NCBI GenBank assembly: GCA_016187125.1
Contig: JACPKF010000007.1
Coordinates: 835-64,834, forward strand
From: Candidatus Saccharimonadota bacterium
Lineage (GTDB): Bacteria; Patescibacteriota; Saccharimonadia; Saccharimonadales; UBA10212
Reading direction: 5' to 3'
DNA length: 64,000 nt
The notes under the pieces were generated by a model. That model had not been told where the DNA came from, did not search any database, and worked only from the letters and a program-made list of their open reading frames with translations. Positions 50,885-60,505 of the stretch are shown here, one piece after another. Numbering within the stretch: the stretch's first letter is position 1; every line of letters begins with the position of its first letter. Both the position numbers and the translations under genes were made by a program.

Positions 50885-52021
50885 CTAGACATTGAAACGG
50901 AATTCGACTACGTCGTCGGGTTGCATAATGTAGTCTTTACCCTCGGTGCGCACCTTGCCAGCGGCCCGGGCGCCCGCTACTGAACCGGCAGTAATTAAAT
51001 CCTGGTAATTTATGACTTGAGCGGCGATGAAACCTCTCTGAAAGTCGGAATGAATAACCCCTGCGGCTTGTGGGGCAGTGGACCCTTTGCTAATTGTCCA
51101 GGCCCGAACTTCTTTTTCGCCGGCGGTCAAGAAACTCTGCAAGCCCAAAACACCATATGCGGCATGAATTAACTGAATTAGCCCACTCTCATTTTGTCCA
51201 TAACTGGCAAGGAGTTCCTGACGGTCAGTTTCGTCAAGTCCCCGTAGCTCACTTTCTAATTTTGCGCAAATAAATACGGCTTTTGCGGGCGCAATTAGAT
51301 CTGTTAATTCCTTTTGCAGGGATTGTCCCTGCAAACTGGCTTCGTCGATGTTAAACACGTAAATTACTGGCTTAGCAGTTAGCAGCTGGAGTTCGTCCAA
51401 GAAAACTGACTGGTCCTTATCCATTCTAATATTCTTAAGAATATTAGAATGGGACAGGGAAGAGTTGGTTTGTAGGTGGGTATTGATAGAATTTAGGGCG
51501 TCGAGTTGAGGTTTTAGTTTTGGGTTGGCTTTAGTTTCTTTTTCCAAACGGGGCAGGCGTTTATCAACCGTTTGCAGGTCGGCAAGTACCAGTTCGGTAT
51601 TTATTATTTCTATATCCTCCGACGCTCCGACCACTAAGTCGGAAGTCGGAGCCCCGATCGAAGCGTCGGGGTTTTTCACGCGGGCTACATTTGGATCATC
51701 AAAGGCTCTTACTACGTGGCAAATGGCATTTGCTTGTCTAATGTGGGATAAAAATTGGTTGCCCAAACCCTCGCCTTGGCTGGCGCCAGCGACTAAACCG
51801 GCAATATCTACAAATGTCACCGTGGCTGGCACGATTTTTTCGGTTTTATAAATCTCGGCCAGTTTTTGCAAGCGCGAGTCGGGAATCGGCACGATGCCGG
51901 TATTTGGCTCAATGGTCGCAAAAGGGTAATTAGCAATCAGGGCATTAGCGTCTGTCAACGCATTAAACAGCGTAGACTTACCGACATTGGGGAGGCCAAT
52001 AATTCCAATACTAAGACTCAA
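50885..52021 (-). CDS. ychF: redox-regulated ATPase YchF
   Basis: GIIGLPNVGKSTLFNALT, the TGS domain and the C-terminal DDVVEFRFNV. It carries a palindrome insert at 51421-51452. Confidence 0.95.
   Translation of the reverse strand: MSLSIGIIGLPNVGKSTLFNALTDANALIANYPFATIEPNTGIVPIPDSRLQKLAEIYKTEKIVPATVTFVDIAGLVAGASQGEGLGNQFLSHIRQANAICHVVRAFDDPNVARVKNPDASIGAPTSDLVVGASEDIEIINTELVLADLQTVDKRLPRLEKETKANPKLKPQLDALNSINTHLQTNSSLSHSNILKNIRMDKDQSVFLDELQLLTAKPVIYVFNIDEASLQGQSLQKELTDLIAPAKAVFICAKLESELRGLDETDRQELLASYGQNESGLIQLIHAAYGVLGLQSFLTAGEKEVRAWTISKGSTAPQAAGVIHSDFQRGFIAAQVINYQDLITAGSVAGARAAGKVRTEGKDYIMQPDDVVEFRFNV
51421..51452. repeat. perfect 32-nt palindrome ccattctaatattctt|aagaatattagaatgg inside the ychF CDS
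   Basis: It is translated on the minus strand as SHSNILKNIRMD in the helical insertion domain and belongs to the same family as the 48.5-kb copies. Confidence 0.85.
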
Positions 52022-52208
52022 AATTGACTCCTATATTCATCTGTTAATCATAGCACGATAGGGAAAACACTTGCAAAAATAGAGAAAACGTGCTATTTTA
52101 TATATGAGAGTTAAGTAATAAACAAAAATGGCAATATCGTATTCACAAGATAAAATAACCCCATCGTTATTATTTGTGCTAATGTAACAACATAGGATAA
52201 ATACAAAA

Positions 52209-53837
52209 ATGTCTACTTTGCCTATAGAAGTGTTGCGCGGAGAAACAAATGGTCTTCGTCTGGGCGATCCGGCTCCTCGTATTCTACCGGGCGAGCGTAT
52301 ACTCTCAATAGTATATCCAGGTATTTCATATCCAAAAGAGCACCCTCCTGCAACTGTCGTTCTTATGCAATTAACGGGAGTAAAAAAGCCTGAGGATATT
52401 GGCAACAATGGTCCCAGCATTGCTGCTACAGCCAGTGCCGAAAATGAGCATATAGAAATCCTGAATAATCTTAAGGCTTTATATGGCAGAGATTCATTAA
52501 TAGTAGGTAATTATGTAAGCGGGATTTTCCCCAAACTGCAGCAAGCAACTGTAATAAGGTTGGCTGAACTTCAAGGCATTGATTATAATTCTCTAGCCGA
52601 AGAAGAGCCTGGCCGTATTATTCATGAAGATCGCCCACCAGACAGTCCCATAGCCGTCCAAGCCACCGAAAAGTCTGGTTGGCAGTGGCCATATTATGGC
52701 AGCATTGACGCCACACCTTTATTCATAAGTGCTACTATTGATTGCACAAAAAACGAAATTCTCTTTCTTAAGAGACGGTTTGAGGGACGCGATGGTAAAA
52801 CCCATACGCTAGAAGAAAGCCTAGAAAATTCAGTTGGCTGGTTGATGCGTAAGCTGGATAGCAATCAGGAGAGTTTACTGGAATTTAAGCCGAGCTTTGA
52901 TGGTAGTATAGAAAATCAGGCTTGGAAGGATTCCTGGGATTCATATTTCCATAAAGATGGCACCATTGCTAATCACAGGCAAGGCATTGCTTCGGTTGAG
53001 GTCCAAGCCTTCGCCTATGACGCTTTATTGGATGTAGTAGAATTTTATAACTCTCGTTTAGAGGCTATTACTGATCCTTCAGAGAAATCGGTATTACAGC
53101 AAAAGATTGAAGGCCTGCAGTTACGAGCTGACAAACTAAAGCGGACAGTAATGGACAAGTTCTGGGTTGAAGATGAGAGGGGTGGTTATTTTGCTCTCGG
53201 CACGGATCGTGATGAAGATGGTAAATTGCGGCCTCTAGAAATCAGAACTTCCAACATGGGCTATTTGCTGGATTCGCGAATGTTAGACAGCAATGATCCG
53301 GAAATTGTTAGGCGGCGTGAGGAAGTTATAAAAACTTTGTTCTCTGAAGAGATGCTGGCTGAAGCTGGTATTCGAACACTTTCAAATCGGGAAGTGCGTT
53401 TTCGATCAGGGGCTTATCATAATGGTAGTGTTTGGCCGCATGATACTTACCGTATAAGCCGCGGTTTGGCTAAATGCGGCTACTACGGGCTAGCCTATGA
53501 TTTAGTTCAACGGATTAAAGGGGTCGTAGAGAAAACAAATATGTACGTAGAATTTGCCCGCGGCGGTGAGTCTGGGGATGAGCCCATAAACCGGCGAATA
53601 GTTGATGTATGGGATGAAAAATTAAGCCGGGAAAATAGAATTGAGGAACCGCCTAAAGAGCCCCAAGCTTGGGATGTTGCCGCAAATGTGGCGATTGACT
53701 ACTTTTACAATTCGTCAAGCCCCAAAAAGGCGTTACCAACACAAGCCACCGATCCAGCAAAGCAATTGTTTGAAGAAGCAATTCTATCTCAAATTCACAG
53801 ATCATATCCCCACCCCGAACGCCTACTAGCGGGTTAG
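52209..53837 (+). CDS. amylo-alpha-1,6-glucosidase / glycogen-debranching-enzyme-like (GDE_C) protein
   Basis: YGSIDATPLFI, ENQAWKDSWDS, GIASVEVQAFAYDAL and AYHNGSVWPHDT are typical of the six-hairpin GDE_C family. The N-terminal start is uncertain. Confidence 0.7.
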   Translation: MSTLPIEVLRGETNGLRLGDPAPRILPGERILSIVYPGISYPKEHPPATVVLMQLTGVKKPEDIGNNGPSIAATASAENEHIEILNNLKALYGRDSLIVGNYVSGIFPKLQQATVIRLAELQGIDYNSLAEEEPGRIIHEDRPPDSPIAVQATEKSGWQWPYYGSIDATPLFISATIDCTKNEILFLKRRFEGRDGKTHTLEESLENSVGWLMRKLDSNQESLLEFKPSFDGSIENQAWKDSWDSYFHKDGTIANHRQGIASVEVQAFAYDALLDVVEFYNSRLEAITDPSEKSVLQQKIEGLQLRADKLKRTVMDKFWVEDERGGYFALGTDRDEDGKLRPLEIRTSNMGYLLDSRMLDSNDPEIVRRREEVIKTLFSEEMLAEAGIRTLSNREVRFRSGAYHNGSVWPHDTYRISRGLAKCGYYGLAYDLVQRIKGVVEKTNMYVEFARGGESGDEPINRRIVDVWDEKLSRENRIEEPPKEPQAWDVAANVAIDYFYNSSSPKKALPTQATDPAKQLFEEAILSQIHRSYPHPERLLAG

Positions 53838-54020
53838 CTATTTAGTGGACGTAGAGTTGTGATTTTAACTTTAATATCCTCGGAAAGTACAGCCCGTCTT
53901 TGGTTTGGGGGTGAGCAGGAGCGGTCCCACTCAATTTGAATCAAATTGGGTGGGATTCGGACTTATTCCGAAAGCGACGATGAGAGAGGGAGTCGCCGCC
54001 TCTCATGAGCCGAAGGTGCT

Positions 54021-55655
54021 TTAGTGGGCATAAAAACCGCGGGCGGTGGCGTCGGGCAGAGTATAAAAAGCCACGCCGGCTTTTTTTAAGGCTTCGACTA
54101 CTTTATGGTCATTAACGGAGCCACGGGTGGCAAATATGGCCTTGATGCCGGCTTTGGCCAGCGTTTCCGCACCGTCAGGGAACGGAAAGAAACTGTCGCT
54201 ATAGGCTACGGCTCCATCGGTGTCGTGGCCAGCATCCCGGGTGCGTTTGAGCGCCAGCTGGGCCGCCGAAACTCTATCTTGCTGGCCGACGCCGTTGCCA
54301 ATTAACATGCCATTTTTAACTAAGGTTATAGTGTTGCTGTTACTGGTGCTGCCGATGGCCCAAGCTAGCAGCATATCTTTCTCCTCGTTTGCGAGACCGG
54401 GCCTCGCAAACGAGGATTGGCTGGCTTTTTCCAGCTCGGCTGATTTAAAATCTAGAACAAAGTCGTAGTTTTGCTGGGCCAAAACGCCGCCGCGGACGTA
54501 TCTAAAACGCCGTGCAATATCGAGTGATTTTTGGTTTAACTGCCCGAGAGCCGAGTTTTTAACCAGGCGTAGTTTGCCGCCCCTTCTTTGCAAAATTTCC
54601 ATGGCTTTATCCGTAAAGTCGGCAGCTGCCACTACGTCCAAAAGTCGTTTACCGCCGTTCATGGCATGCTCAAGTAGCAAGTTTGCTTCATCTTCATCAA
54701 CCGCAAAATTGATCATAACGCAGCCGCCAAAAATCGCTCGGCTGTCTCCTTCCAGCATTTTTTTAATAGCTTCATCCGGATTTTCTGAAACGGCAGCCCC
54801 GCAGACATTGCCGTGCTTGGCCCCCAGTGCAATCGCCGGTACTTGGTTAAAGTTTTTATCGAAGCCGGCGGCTATATGGGTAATGGTTTGCAGCAGCCGA
54901 TCAATATCAGCGTAGTTGTTATAGCTAAGCCCGGTGCCGCCAACTTGTGCAAAGTTGGCAATGGACAGAGGGTCTTGATCACTCCGTCTGGCATAAAGTC
55001 CGGCGCCACCTTGCCACGGATTTTCGCCGTATTTAGCCTGGGCGATTTGATTGCCTATAAAGCCAAAGGCTTCTGAGCCGTTTAGGTATTTAGCCGACTC
55101 TAAGATGTAGCGAGCAACTTCTAGTTCCGCGGCGGCGGCTAAGCTTTTAATAAATTGCTGCTCGTTCGGCCGGCCGGCTTTTAGCCAATCTAACACTGTT
55201 TGTCTTTGGCTGGGTTTGGATAGCACTATGCGGCGGCCTTTGGCCGCCGCATGTAGCAGAGTCGGGCCGCCGACATCGGTTTTTTCTATAATTTCGCTTT
55301 CTGGGGCTCCGTTGTTGATGGCCTCAGTCAGTGGGTACATATCAACACAAACTAAATCAATCCGCGGAATCCCCAAGCGTTTTAGTTCGGCGGCTTGCTG
55401 TTTGGTGTTATCGGCCAAAATGCCGGCGTGGATCTCGCGCGACAGAGTTACCACTCGGTGGCCTAAAATGGCCTGGCCACCGACCAGCTCGGAAACATCA
55501 GTAACTTTAACACCAGATTTTTTAATTGCTTGGGCCGTGCCACCGGACGCGTAAATTTTCCAGCCCAAATCAGCCAGTCCGTGGGCAAATTCCTCTATGC
55601 CGGTTTTGTCATAAACCGAAATAAGAGCATTAGGCTGGACTTGGTTCTCCATCAT
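54021..55655 (-). CDS. purH: bifunctional AICAR formyltransferase / IMP cyclohydrolase
   Basis: MGS-like N-terminus ALISVYDKTGIEEFA...ASGGTA and the AICARFT domain. The C-terminus ends in RGFYAH. Confidence 0.9.
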   Translation of the reverse strand: MMENQVQPNALISVYDKTGIEEFAHGLADLGWKIYASGGTAQAIKKSGVKVTDVSELVGGQAILGHRVVTLSREIHAGILADNTKQQAAELKRLGIPRIDLVCVDMYPLTEAINNGAPESEIIEKTDVGGPTLLHAAAKGRRIVLSKPSQRQTVLDWLKAGRPNEQQFIKSLAAAAELEVARYILESAKYLNGSEAFGFIGNQIAQAKYGENPWQGGAGLYARRSDQDPLSIANFAQVGGTGLSYNNYADIDRLLQTITHIAAGFDKNFNQVPAIALGAKHGNVCGAAVSENPDEAIKKMLEGDSRAIFGGCVMINFAVDEDEANLLLEHAMNGGKRLLDVVAAADFTDKAMEILQRRGGKLRLVKNSALGQLNQKSLDIARRFRYVRGGVLAQQNYDFVLDFKSAELEKASQSSFARPGLANEEKDMLLAWAIGSTSNSNTITLVKNGMLIGNGVGQQDRVSAAQLALKRTRDAGHDTDGAVAYSDSFFPFPDGAETLAKAGIKAIFATRGSVNDHKVVEALKKAGVAFYTLPDATARGFYAH

Positions 55656-55703
55656 CTAATCTAATTATTGGGGAGCTGAGCAGGGAATACAAGCTCAATT
55701 CTG

Positions 55704-56222
55704 TTATGCAGCTAGAGCTTCTGGCTCTGGTATATAAATACCGGCAATCCTAGCAAATGAACGGAATAAACGGGCATTGGCTGGATCCAGAGCTACAGCA
55801 GCTTGCTTTGCGTAGTCTCTCTCGACTACGTACCCCAAAATTTCTCTTGGTTTTAACTGACTAACGTTGCCCGGCCGCCTATTGGGCCGATCATTGTTGA
55901 ATATCAGACCGAGACGGTTAAAATACTCAGTTGGTGTATTTGCGTATTGACCTTTGAGCATTAAATTTGTCCAACGCAGGTCCAAAGCCGTCCATCCAAT
56001 CCGTTGATTGTTGGGATTGATATTGGCTACTACGGGAGCAAATTCTACTGCGTATGTCTTAACATCACTTAGTGCGTGGCGCAAAACACCAAGCTCTTGG
56101 CCATTTCTTACTCTTTTCTCAAGTACATCCAACCGCACGGCATGTGCTGTCCCAGCTAGAAACTCCTCGGGAGAAACAACGCCCTGATAAAAAATGGGCA
56201 GGGATTCTGGAGGTAAACTCAT
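55704..56222 (-). CDS. hypothetical protein (172 aa)
   Basis: Intact ORF. No motif recognised. Confidence 0.45.
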   Translation of the reverse strand: MSLPPESLPIFYQGVVSPEEFLAGTAHAVRLDVLEKRVRNGQELGVLRHALSDVKTYAVEFAPVVANINPNNQRIGWTALDLRWTNLMLKGQYANTPTEYFNRLGLIFNNDRPNRRPGNVSQLKPREILGYVVERDYAKQAAVALDPANARLFRSFARIAGIYIPEPEALAA

Positions 56223-56311
56223 AATATTAGCTCTATCTTATAACTTTAGACGTGATAGATTATCACAATTTAGCACAAGACGCAACGCTTGTAGTGGTCC
56301 AATACACTTGC

Positions 56312-56340
56312 TTGCGCCTGTAGGAGTAGCAACTTATAAT
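56312..56340 (+). promoter_or_regulatory. promoter TTGCGC-17-TATAAT, 8 nt before the ATG at 56349 (leaderless type)
   Basis: cTTGCGCctgtaggagtagcaactTATAATgcttatgtATG. Confidence 0.45.
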
Positions 56341-56348
56341 GCTTATGT

Positions 56349-57605
56349 ATGTCCAGTAGTAGACCCCGTAGTGAGCTTTTGCGACCATCCGCTAAAGCGG
56401 ATGCTAAGCCAACCTTCGGTTGGCAACGCAAAAGTCTACTACGGGGCTCACTACTGGATATGAAACGAGCCAAAAAAATCTCGGCTCTGGCCTTAGGCAT
56501 TATCTATTTATTTCTTAGTTCTGGCTTGGCTTTGGCCGACAGCCGGCCGTATTTTAAAGTTTTTGGCGGCGATGTCTTTAGTGGCGGCTGGTTCAATAGC
56601 GGCACCAACTGCGATACAGCCACTAGCTCTTTTTACCAATACCCTAGTTATCAGCCGGCCGGTTATAATCAAGACGATCGAACTGGCGGCATTTTGAGTT
56701 TTGCCAAGCAAAACGGTGATGGCAATTCGCTGGGCGGTGCCAGCTCGCAATATGGCGCTTTTGCCCTAGGCATTATTGAAGGCTCTGCCGCTGGTGATGC
56801 CAGTAGCCACGGATTTTATAGCGCTGGCGCCCAAGCGGCCACCGGGACACCTACCTCAAGAAATTTGCTAAGTTTTGCTAACGCTGGTAGCTCGGCTAGC
56901 GTCTGGGGCGGTAAGTTTGATGGCGATGTGCCTCAAAGTAATTGCATCGCAGATTATTATGCTAAATTCCCAGATCCCGCGCCGCCGGCTCTGGCTTCAC
57001 TTGATTCGTCTACGGCTTCGGGGGTCTATAGCGCATCGGCTGGCAGTGGCACGACTTATAGTCTAAACGTCTCAGCCGTTAGTTTAAGACCTGGCACCAA
57101 AATAACCATTTACGTTAACGGCAATGTGTTTATAAGCCAAAATATTGTTTATCAGCTTGACAAGGTAGACAACGTGCCCAAGTTCGCACTAGTAGCCAAG
57201 GGTAATATCTATATAGATCCGGGTGTTACTCAACTAGACGGAGTTTATATCGCCCAACCCACAAGCGGCACCGACGGCGGTGATATCTGGACTTGCCATC
57301 CCAATAACACCGACGTTGTGTTATACACCTATCCCAGTAGCTGCACCAACCAGTTAGTGGTTAACGGATCTTTGATAGCCAAACGGGTAGCCTTGCTGCG
57401 GATCAAAGGCGACGTGACCGCCGCCTCAACCAGTGAGGATAATCTCAGTACTGTCGCGGCTTGCACGTCTGCTCCTGGCAGTTGCAATATCGCCGAGATA
57501 ATTAACTATCCGCCGGCCATGGTTGTAGGCGGACCGTTTTTCAACCCGCCTCCGCCCCCCGGCTTGCCAGTTGATAGCCTGATTGCTTTACCACCGGTGT
57601 TTTAA
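56349..57605 (+). CDS. secreted/cell-surface protein preceded by a repeat-encoded 37-aa extension (alternative start ATG 56460)
   Basis: A signal-peptide-like MKRAKKISALALGIIYLFLSSGLALA begins at 56460. A Gly/Ser/Thr-rich body follows, with a PPPPPG C-terminus. It lies directly upstream of the pilus genes. Confidence 0.55.
   Translation: MSSSRPRSELLRPSAKADAKPTFGWQRKSLLRGSLLDMKRAKKISALALGIIYLFLSSGLALADSRPYFKVFGGDVFSGGWFNSGTNCDTATSSFYQYPSYQPAGYNQDDRTGGILSFAKQNGDGNSLGGASSQYGAFALGIIEGSAAGDASSHGFYSAGAQAATGTPTSRNLLSFANAGSSASVWGGKFDGDVPQSNCIADYYAKFPDPAPPALASLDSSTASGVYSASAGSGTTYSLNVSAVSLRPGTKITIYVNGNVFISQNIVYQLDKVDNVPKFALVAKGNIYIDPGVTQLDGVYIAQPTSGTDGGDIWTCHPNNTDVVLYTYPSSCTNQLVVNGSLIAKRVALLRIKGDVTAASTSEDNLSTVAACTSAPGSCNIAEIINYPPAMVVGGPFFNPPPPPGLPVDSLIALPPVF
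56353..56457 (+). repeat. 105-nt three-way-junction element inserted right after the ATG at 56349
   Basis: Outer arms ccagtagtagaccccgtagtgagc / tctactacggggctcactactgg, then stem ttttgcg/cgcaaaa, then hairpins catccgc-taaa-gcggatg and gccaacc-ttc-ggttggc. Confidence 0.7.
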
Positions 57606-57680
57606 GGAGCAAAACTAGCAAGCAACAGGGGAAGGAAAGATTAAGAAAGCACAGCGCTCATGCTATAATCGGAATCAATT

Positions 57681-58721
57681 ATGCATATACTAGGTGGGAC
57701 GTCGGACTTCTTTGGCTTAGACATGGGAGTCAGCGCAGTTAGGGTAGTGCAACTCAAAGGAACAGGACCCACTAAGACGCTGGATCGCTACGGGCAGACG
57801 CCTATCACTGGCACTGTGGCTCTGAGTGACTCTAAGGCCGACCGCCAAAGGATCGCCCAGGTGATCCATGAGTTAACGACGCGGGTAGGTATATCAACTA
57901 AAAATGTGGCGGCTAATTTACCCTCTAGCCGGGTGTTTACGACAGTTATTGATATAGATCGTCTACCGCCTGAAGAGCTTGCCAAGACCATAAGCTATCA
58001 AGCCGAGTCGTATATTCCGACTCCCTTGTCTCAGTCTAAAATTGACTGGGCAATTATTGGTAACTCGCCTAAAGACCCTGGCAAAATTGAACTCCTGCTA
58101 TCTAGTGTGCCCAATGATTTCATCGAAAGGCGGCTCGAGATATTGGAATCCATAGGTCTCAATGTAGTGGCTTTTGAGCCTGATAACATGGCTCTAGTGC
58201 GAGCTATTACTTCACCTGATACGGCTGCTCCTTGGCTAATACTTGATATTGGCAATGCTGCGACGGATTTGGTAGTTGTAGTTGGCGGTATGCCACACTT
58301 GGCTCGTTCTATTCCTATGGGTCAGCAAGCTTTTGTCCGGGCAGCTATTCAAGGTTTGGGAGTTGATCCTTCTCAGGCGGAGCAGTTTGTGTTTAAGTTT
58401 GGCCTGTCTCGCGACAAGCTAGAAGGCCAGGTCTATGACGCCATAATTGGGACTATTGACGGTCTGGTGGCGGAGATCGAAAAATCTATTAAATTCTTTG
58501 GCGAGCGCTACAGAGGCGCCAAGTTGGAGGGGATAGTTGTAACTGGTGGCGCTTCGACATTACCTGAACTGCCGCTTTATCTGGCTAATAAATTTAACTT
58601 GAATGTCGAAATTGGCAACGCTTGGCGGAATGTTAATGTGCCAACCGAACGGCAAAACGAGGTGCTGGCGGTTTCTAACCACTTTGCCGTAGCCGTAGGC
58701 CTGGCGGAGAGAGAGACATGA
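57681..58721 (+). CDS. pilM: type IV pilus assembly protein PilM
   Basis: Actin-like ATPase fold: FGLDMGVSAVRVVQLKG ... LDIGNAATDLVVV ... VVTGGAS. Confidence 0.85.
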   Translation: MHILGGTSDFFGLDMGVSAVRVVQLKGTGPTKTLDRYGQTPITGTVALSDSKADRQRIAQVIHELTTRVGISTKNVAANLPSSRVFTTVIDIDRLPPEELAKTISYQAESYIPTPLSQSKIDWAIIGNSPKDPGKIELLLSSVPNDFIERRLEILESIGLNVVAFEPDNMALVRAITSPDTAAPWLILDIGNAATDLVVVVGGMPHLARSIPMGQQAFVRAAIQGLGVDPSQAEQFVFKFGLSRDKLEGQVYDAIIGTIDGLVAEIEKSIKFFGERYRGAKLEGIVVTGGASTLPELPLYLANKFNLNVEIGNAWRNVNVPTERQNEVLAVSNHFAVAVGLAERET

Positions 58722-58844
58722 CTACGTCATTCCCGTTCACCGTTCACCGTGCACCGTTCACCGTTAATACATGGTCAACGGTCAATGGCAAATGTAAGGT
58801 AAATGGTAGATGGCTAATTGTAAATGCCTCCGAAGGAGGATCTT
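58722..58844 (+). repeat. pilM-pilN spacer: (ttcaccg)n / (cggtaaa-like)n heptad hairpin plus an SD-sequestering hairpin
   Basis: tcccgttcaccgttcaccgtgcaccgttcaccgtta ... caacggtcaatggcaaatgtaaggtaaatggtagatgg, then cctcc-gaa-ggagg (58827-58839). It is homologous to 63863-63997. Confidence 0.75.
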
Positions 58845-59555
58845 GTGGCTAGGATTCAATTTAACCTGCTGCCGGACGTTAAACTGCAATTTGATAAGGC
58901 CAAACGTGTCCAGAATCTAGTCTTTAGGGTAGCTACTGCTGCCAGCGCTACCATGCTGGGTCTCTTTTTGGTGATGCTGGTCGTGGTCCATGTAGTCCAA
59001 AAATCGCAGCTCAGTAGCGCTGCTAAGGCCCAAGATACACTTAGTAGCCAACTAAGCAATATCCCAAATCTAGGACAAATTATAACTATTCAGAATCAGC
59101 TCAAGACATTGGTTGGGTTGCATCAAGCCAAGCACGTTAGCTCGCGCATCTTTACATACTTACCCCAGGTAACTCCGTCAAATGCCAGTATTGGCAAGCT
59201 CGATATAGATCTGGCGGGCAGTACTATGAGCATATCGGGCAATGCCGATTCACAAAAAACGGTTAATACCTTCATTGATACTCTAAAGTTCACGACTTAC
59301 ATGGTTGGTGACCAAGATACCCCTCATAGCGCTTTTACTTCAGTGGTGGAAAGTACCTTTGCCATTAATGCCACCAATGTTAGCTATACCTTAGACATTA
59401 GCTTTGACCCCCAGCTTTTTGCCAACAACTTACTTGACAGCCAAGATCATCCCCAGGAGCCTAAGTTGTCCGTGCCTAAACTTACGACTACCAAGTCGGG
59501 AGTTAATGATGCCAACAATCCAATATTTAAAACTCAATCTGGCGGAGGACAATAA
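58845..59555 (+). CDS. pilN: type IV pilus assembly protein PilN-like
   Basis: N-terminus VARIQFNLLPD followed by a TM helix. GTG start 5 nt after the SD aaggagga. The ORF track start at 58824 lies inside the hairpin. Confidence 0.7.
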   Translation: MARIQFNLLPDVKLQFDKAKRVQNLVFRVATAASATMLGLFLVMLVVVHVVQKSQLSSAAKAQDTLSSQLSNIPNLGQIITIQNQLKTLVGLHQAKHVSSRIFTYLPQVTPSNASIGKLDIDLAGSTMSISGNADSQKTVNTFIDTLKFTTYMVGDQDTPHSAFTSVVESTFAINATNVSYTLDISFDPQLFANNLLDSQDHPQEPKLSVPKLTTTKSGVNDANNPIFKTQSGGGQ

Positions 59556-60238
59556 TGGCAATCGTTTTATCTAAAAAACGACTACAAATAGACAAAACTC
59601 AGTCTAGAATGCTGATAGTAATTGCCCTGTCTACGGTAGTCATTGTTTTTTGCTTGGTGAGCGCTAAAGCACTGCTGGCCCGCGCTACTTACCAAAACCG
59701 GGTGATTAATGCCCGCCACGCAGCCATTAAACAAATCGAGCAGAATATTAAAAACGCGAACACTTTAGTTACTCAATATAATGATGTTTTTGTAGGTACT
59801 AACCCAACTAATATCATTGGCGGGAAGAATGATCCTAGCCCCAATGCCTTGCCGCCAGACGGCGATAACGGCCGGATTGTGCTTGACGCCCTGCCGATAA
59901 GCTATGACTTTCCAGCGTTGCTGACAAGCGTCTCTAAAATACTGGCCAATAATAGTATAGGTGGACCGGCGATTGGCGGCAGCGATCAAAGCTCGGCGGT
60001 AAATAGCGACCCCTCAGCTCACCCAAGTCCAGCTAAAATCGACTTGTCAATTAGCGGCGGCGGCAGTTACCAGGGCGCCCAGACTCTCATTAAAGATTTC
60101 GAAAGATCTATCCGGCCTTTTGATATTACTAAACTATCGCTTTCGGGCAGCGAATCCAGTCTGGCTATAACGATTGGCCTTAATACTTATTTCCAACCGG
60201 CCAAGTCCCTAATGATAACTAGCAAGGAGATCCGCTAG
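59555..60238 (+). CDS. PilO-like pilus assembly membrane protein
   Basis: N-terminal TM helix, a coiled segment and an operon position after pilN. Assignment is by context only. Confidence 0.45.
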   Translation: MAIVLSKKRLQIDKTQSRMLIVIALSTVVIVFCLVSAKALLARATYQNRVINARHAAIKQIEQNIKNANTLVTQYNDVFVGTNPTNIIGGKNDPSPNALPPDGDNGRIVLDALPISYDFPALLTSVSKILANNSIGGPAIGGSDQSSAVNSDPSAHPSPAKIDLSISGGGSYQGAQTLIKDFERSIRPFDITKLSLSGSESSLAITIGLNTYFQPAKSLMITSKEIR

Positions 60239-60505
60239 ATGAAACACAAGGACATGGCAGTTTTAATTACGGTGGCTGTTATCACTGGCTTTATTTCCTT
60301 GATAATGGCCAGCATTTTCTTTAGCGTACCCCAAACCCGAAGCTCCAAAGTACCAGTGGTCGACACTATTACCACGTCCTTGCCTGATATTAAAAATGAG
60401 CCTGTTTATCAATCTATTTTTAACTCCAAGGCGCTCGATCCGGCCCAGCCGGTCCAAATCGGCAATACTCAAAACAACACGCCCTTCAACAGCCGTGGAC
60501 GCTAA
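60239..60505 (+). CDS. small membrane-anchored protein (88 aa) in the pilus operon
   Basis: Single TM helix AVLITVAVITGFISLIMASIFF. The ATG abuts the previous stop. Confidence 0.45.
   Translation: MKHKDMAVLITVAVITGFISLIMASIFFSVPQTRSSKVPVVDTITTSLPDIKNEPVYQSIFNSKALDPAQPVQIGNTQNNTPFNSRGR

Noticed and set aside
58733-58812. CRISPR array (also considered at 60595-60620, 62570-62650 and 46468-46500)
   Set aside because: The repeat units are only 7 nt and directly tandem, with no unique spacers. No cas genes are present.
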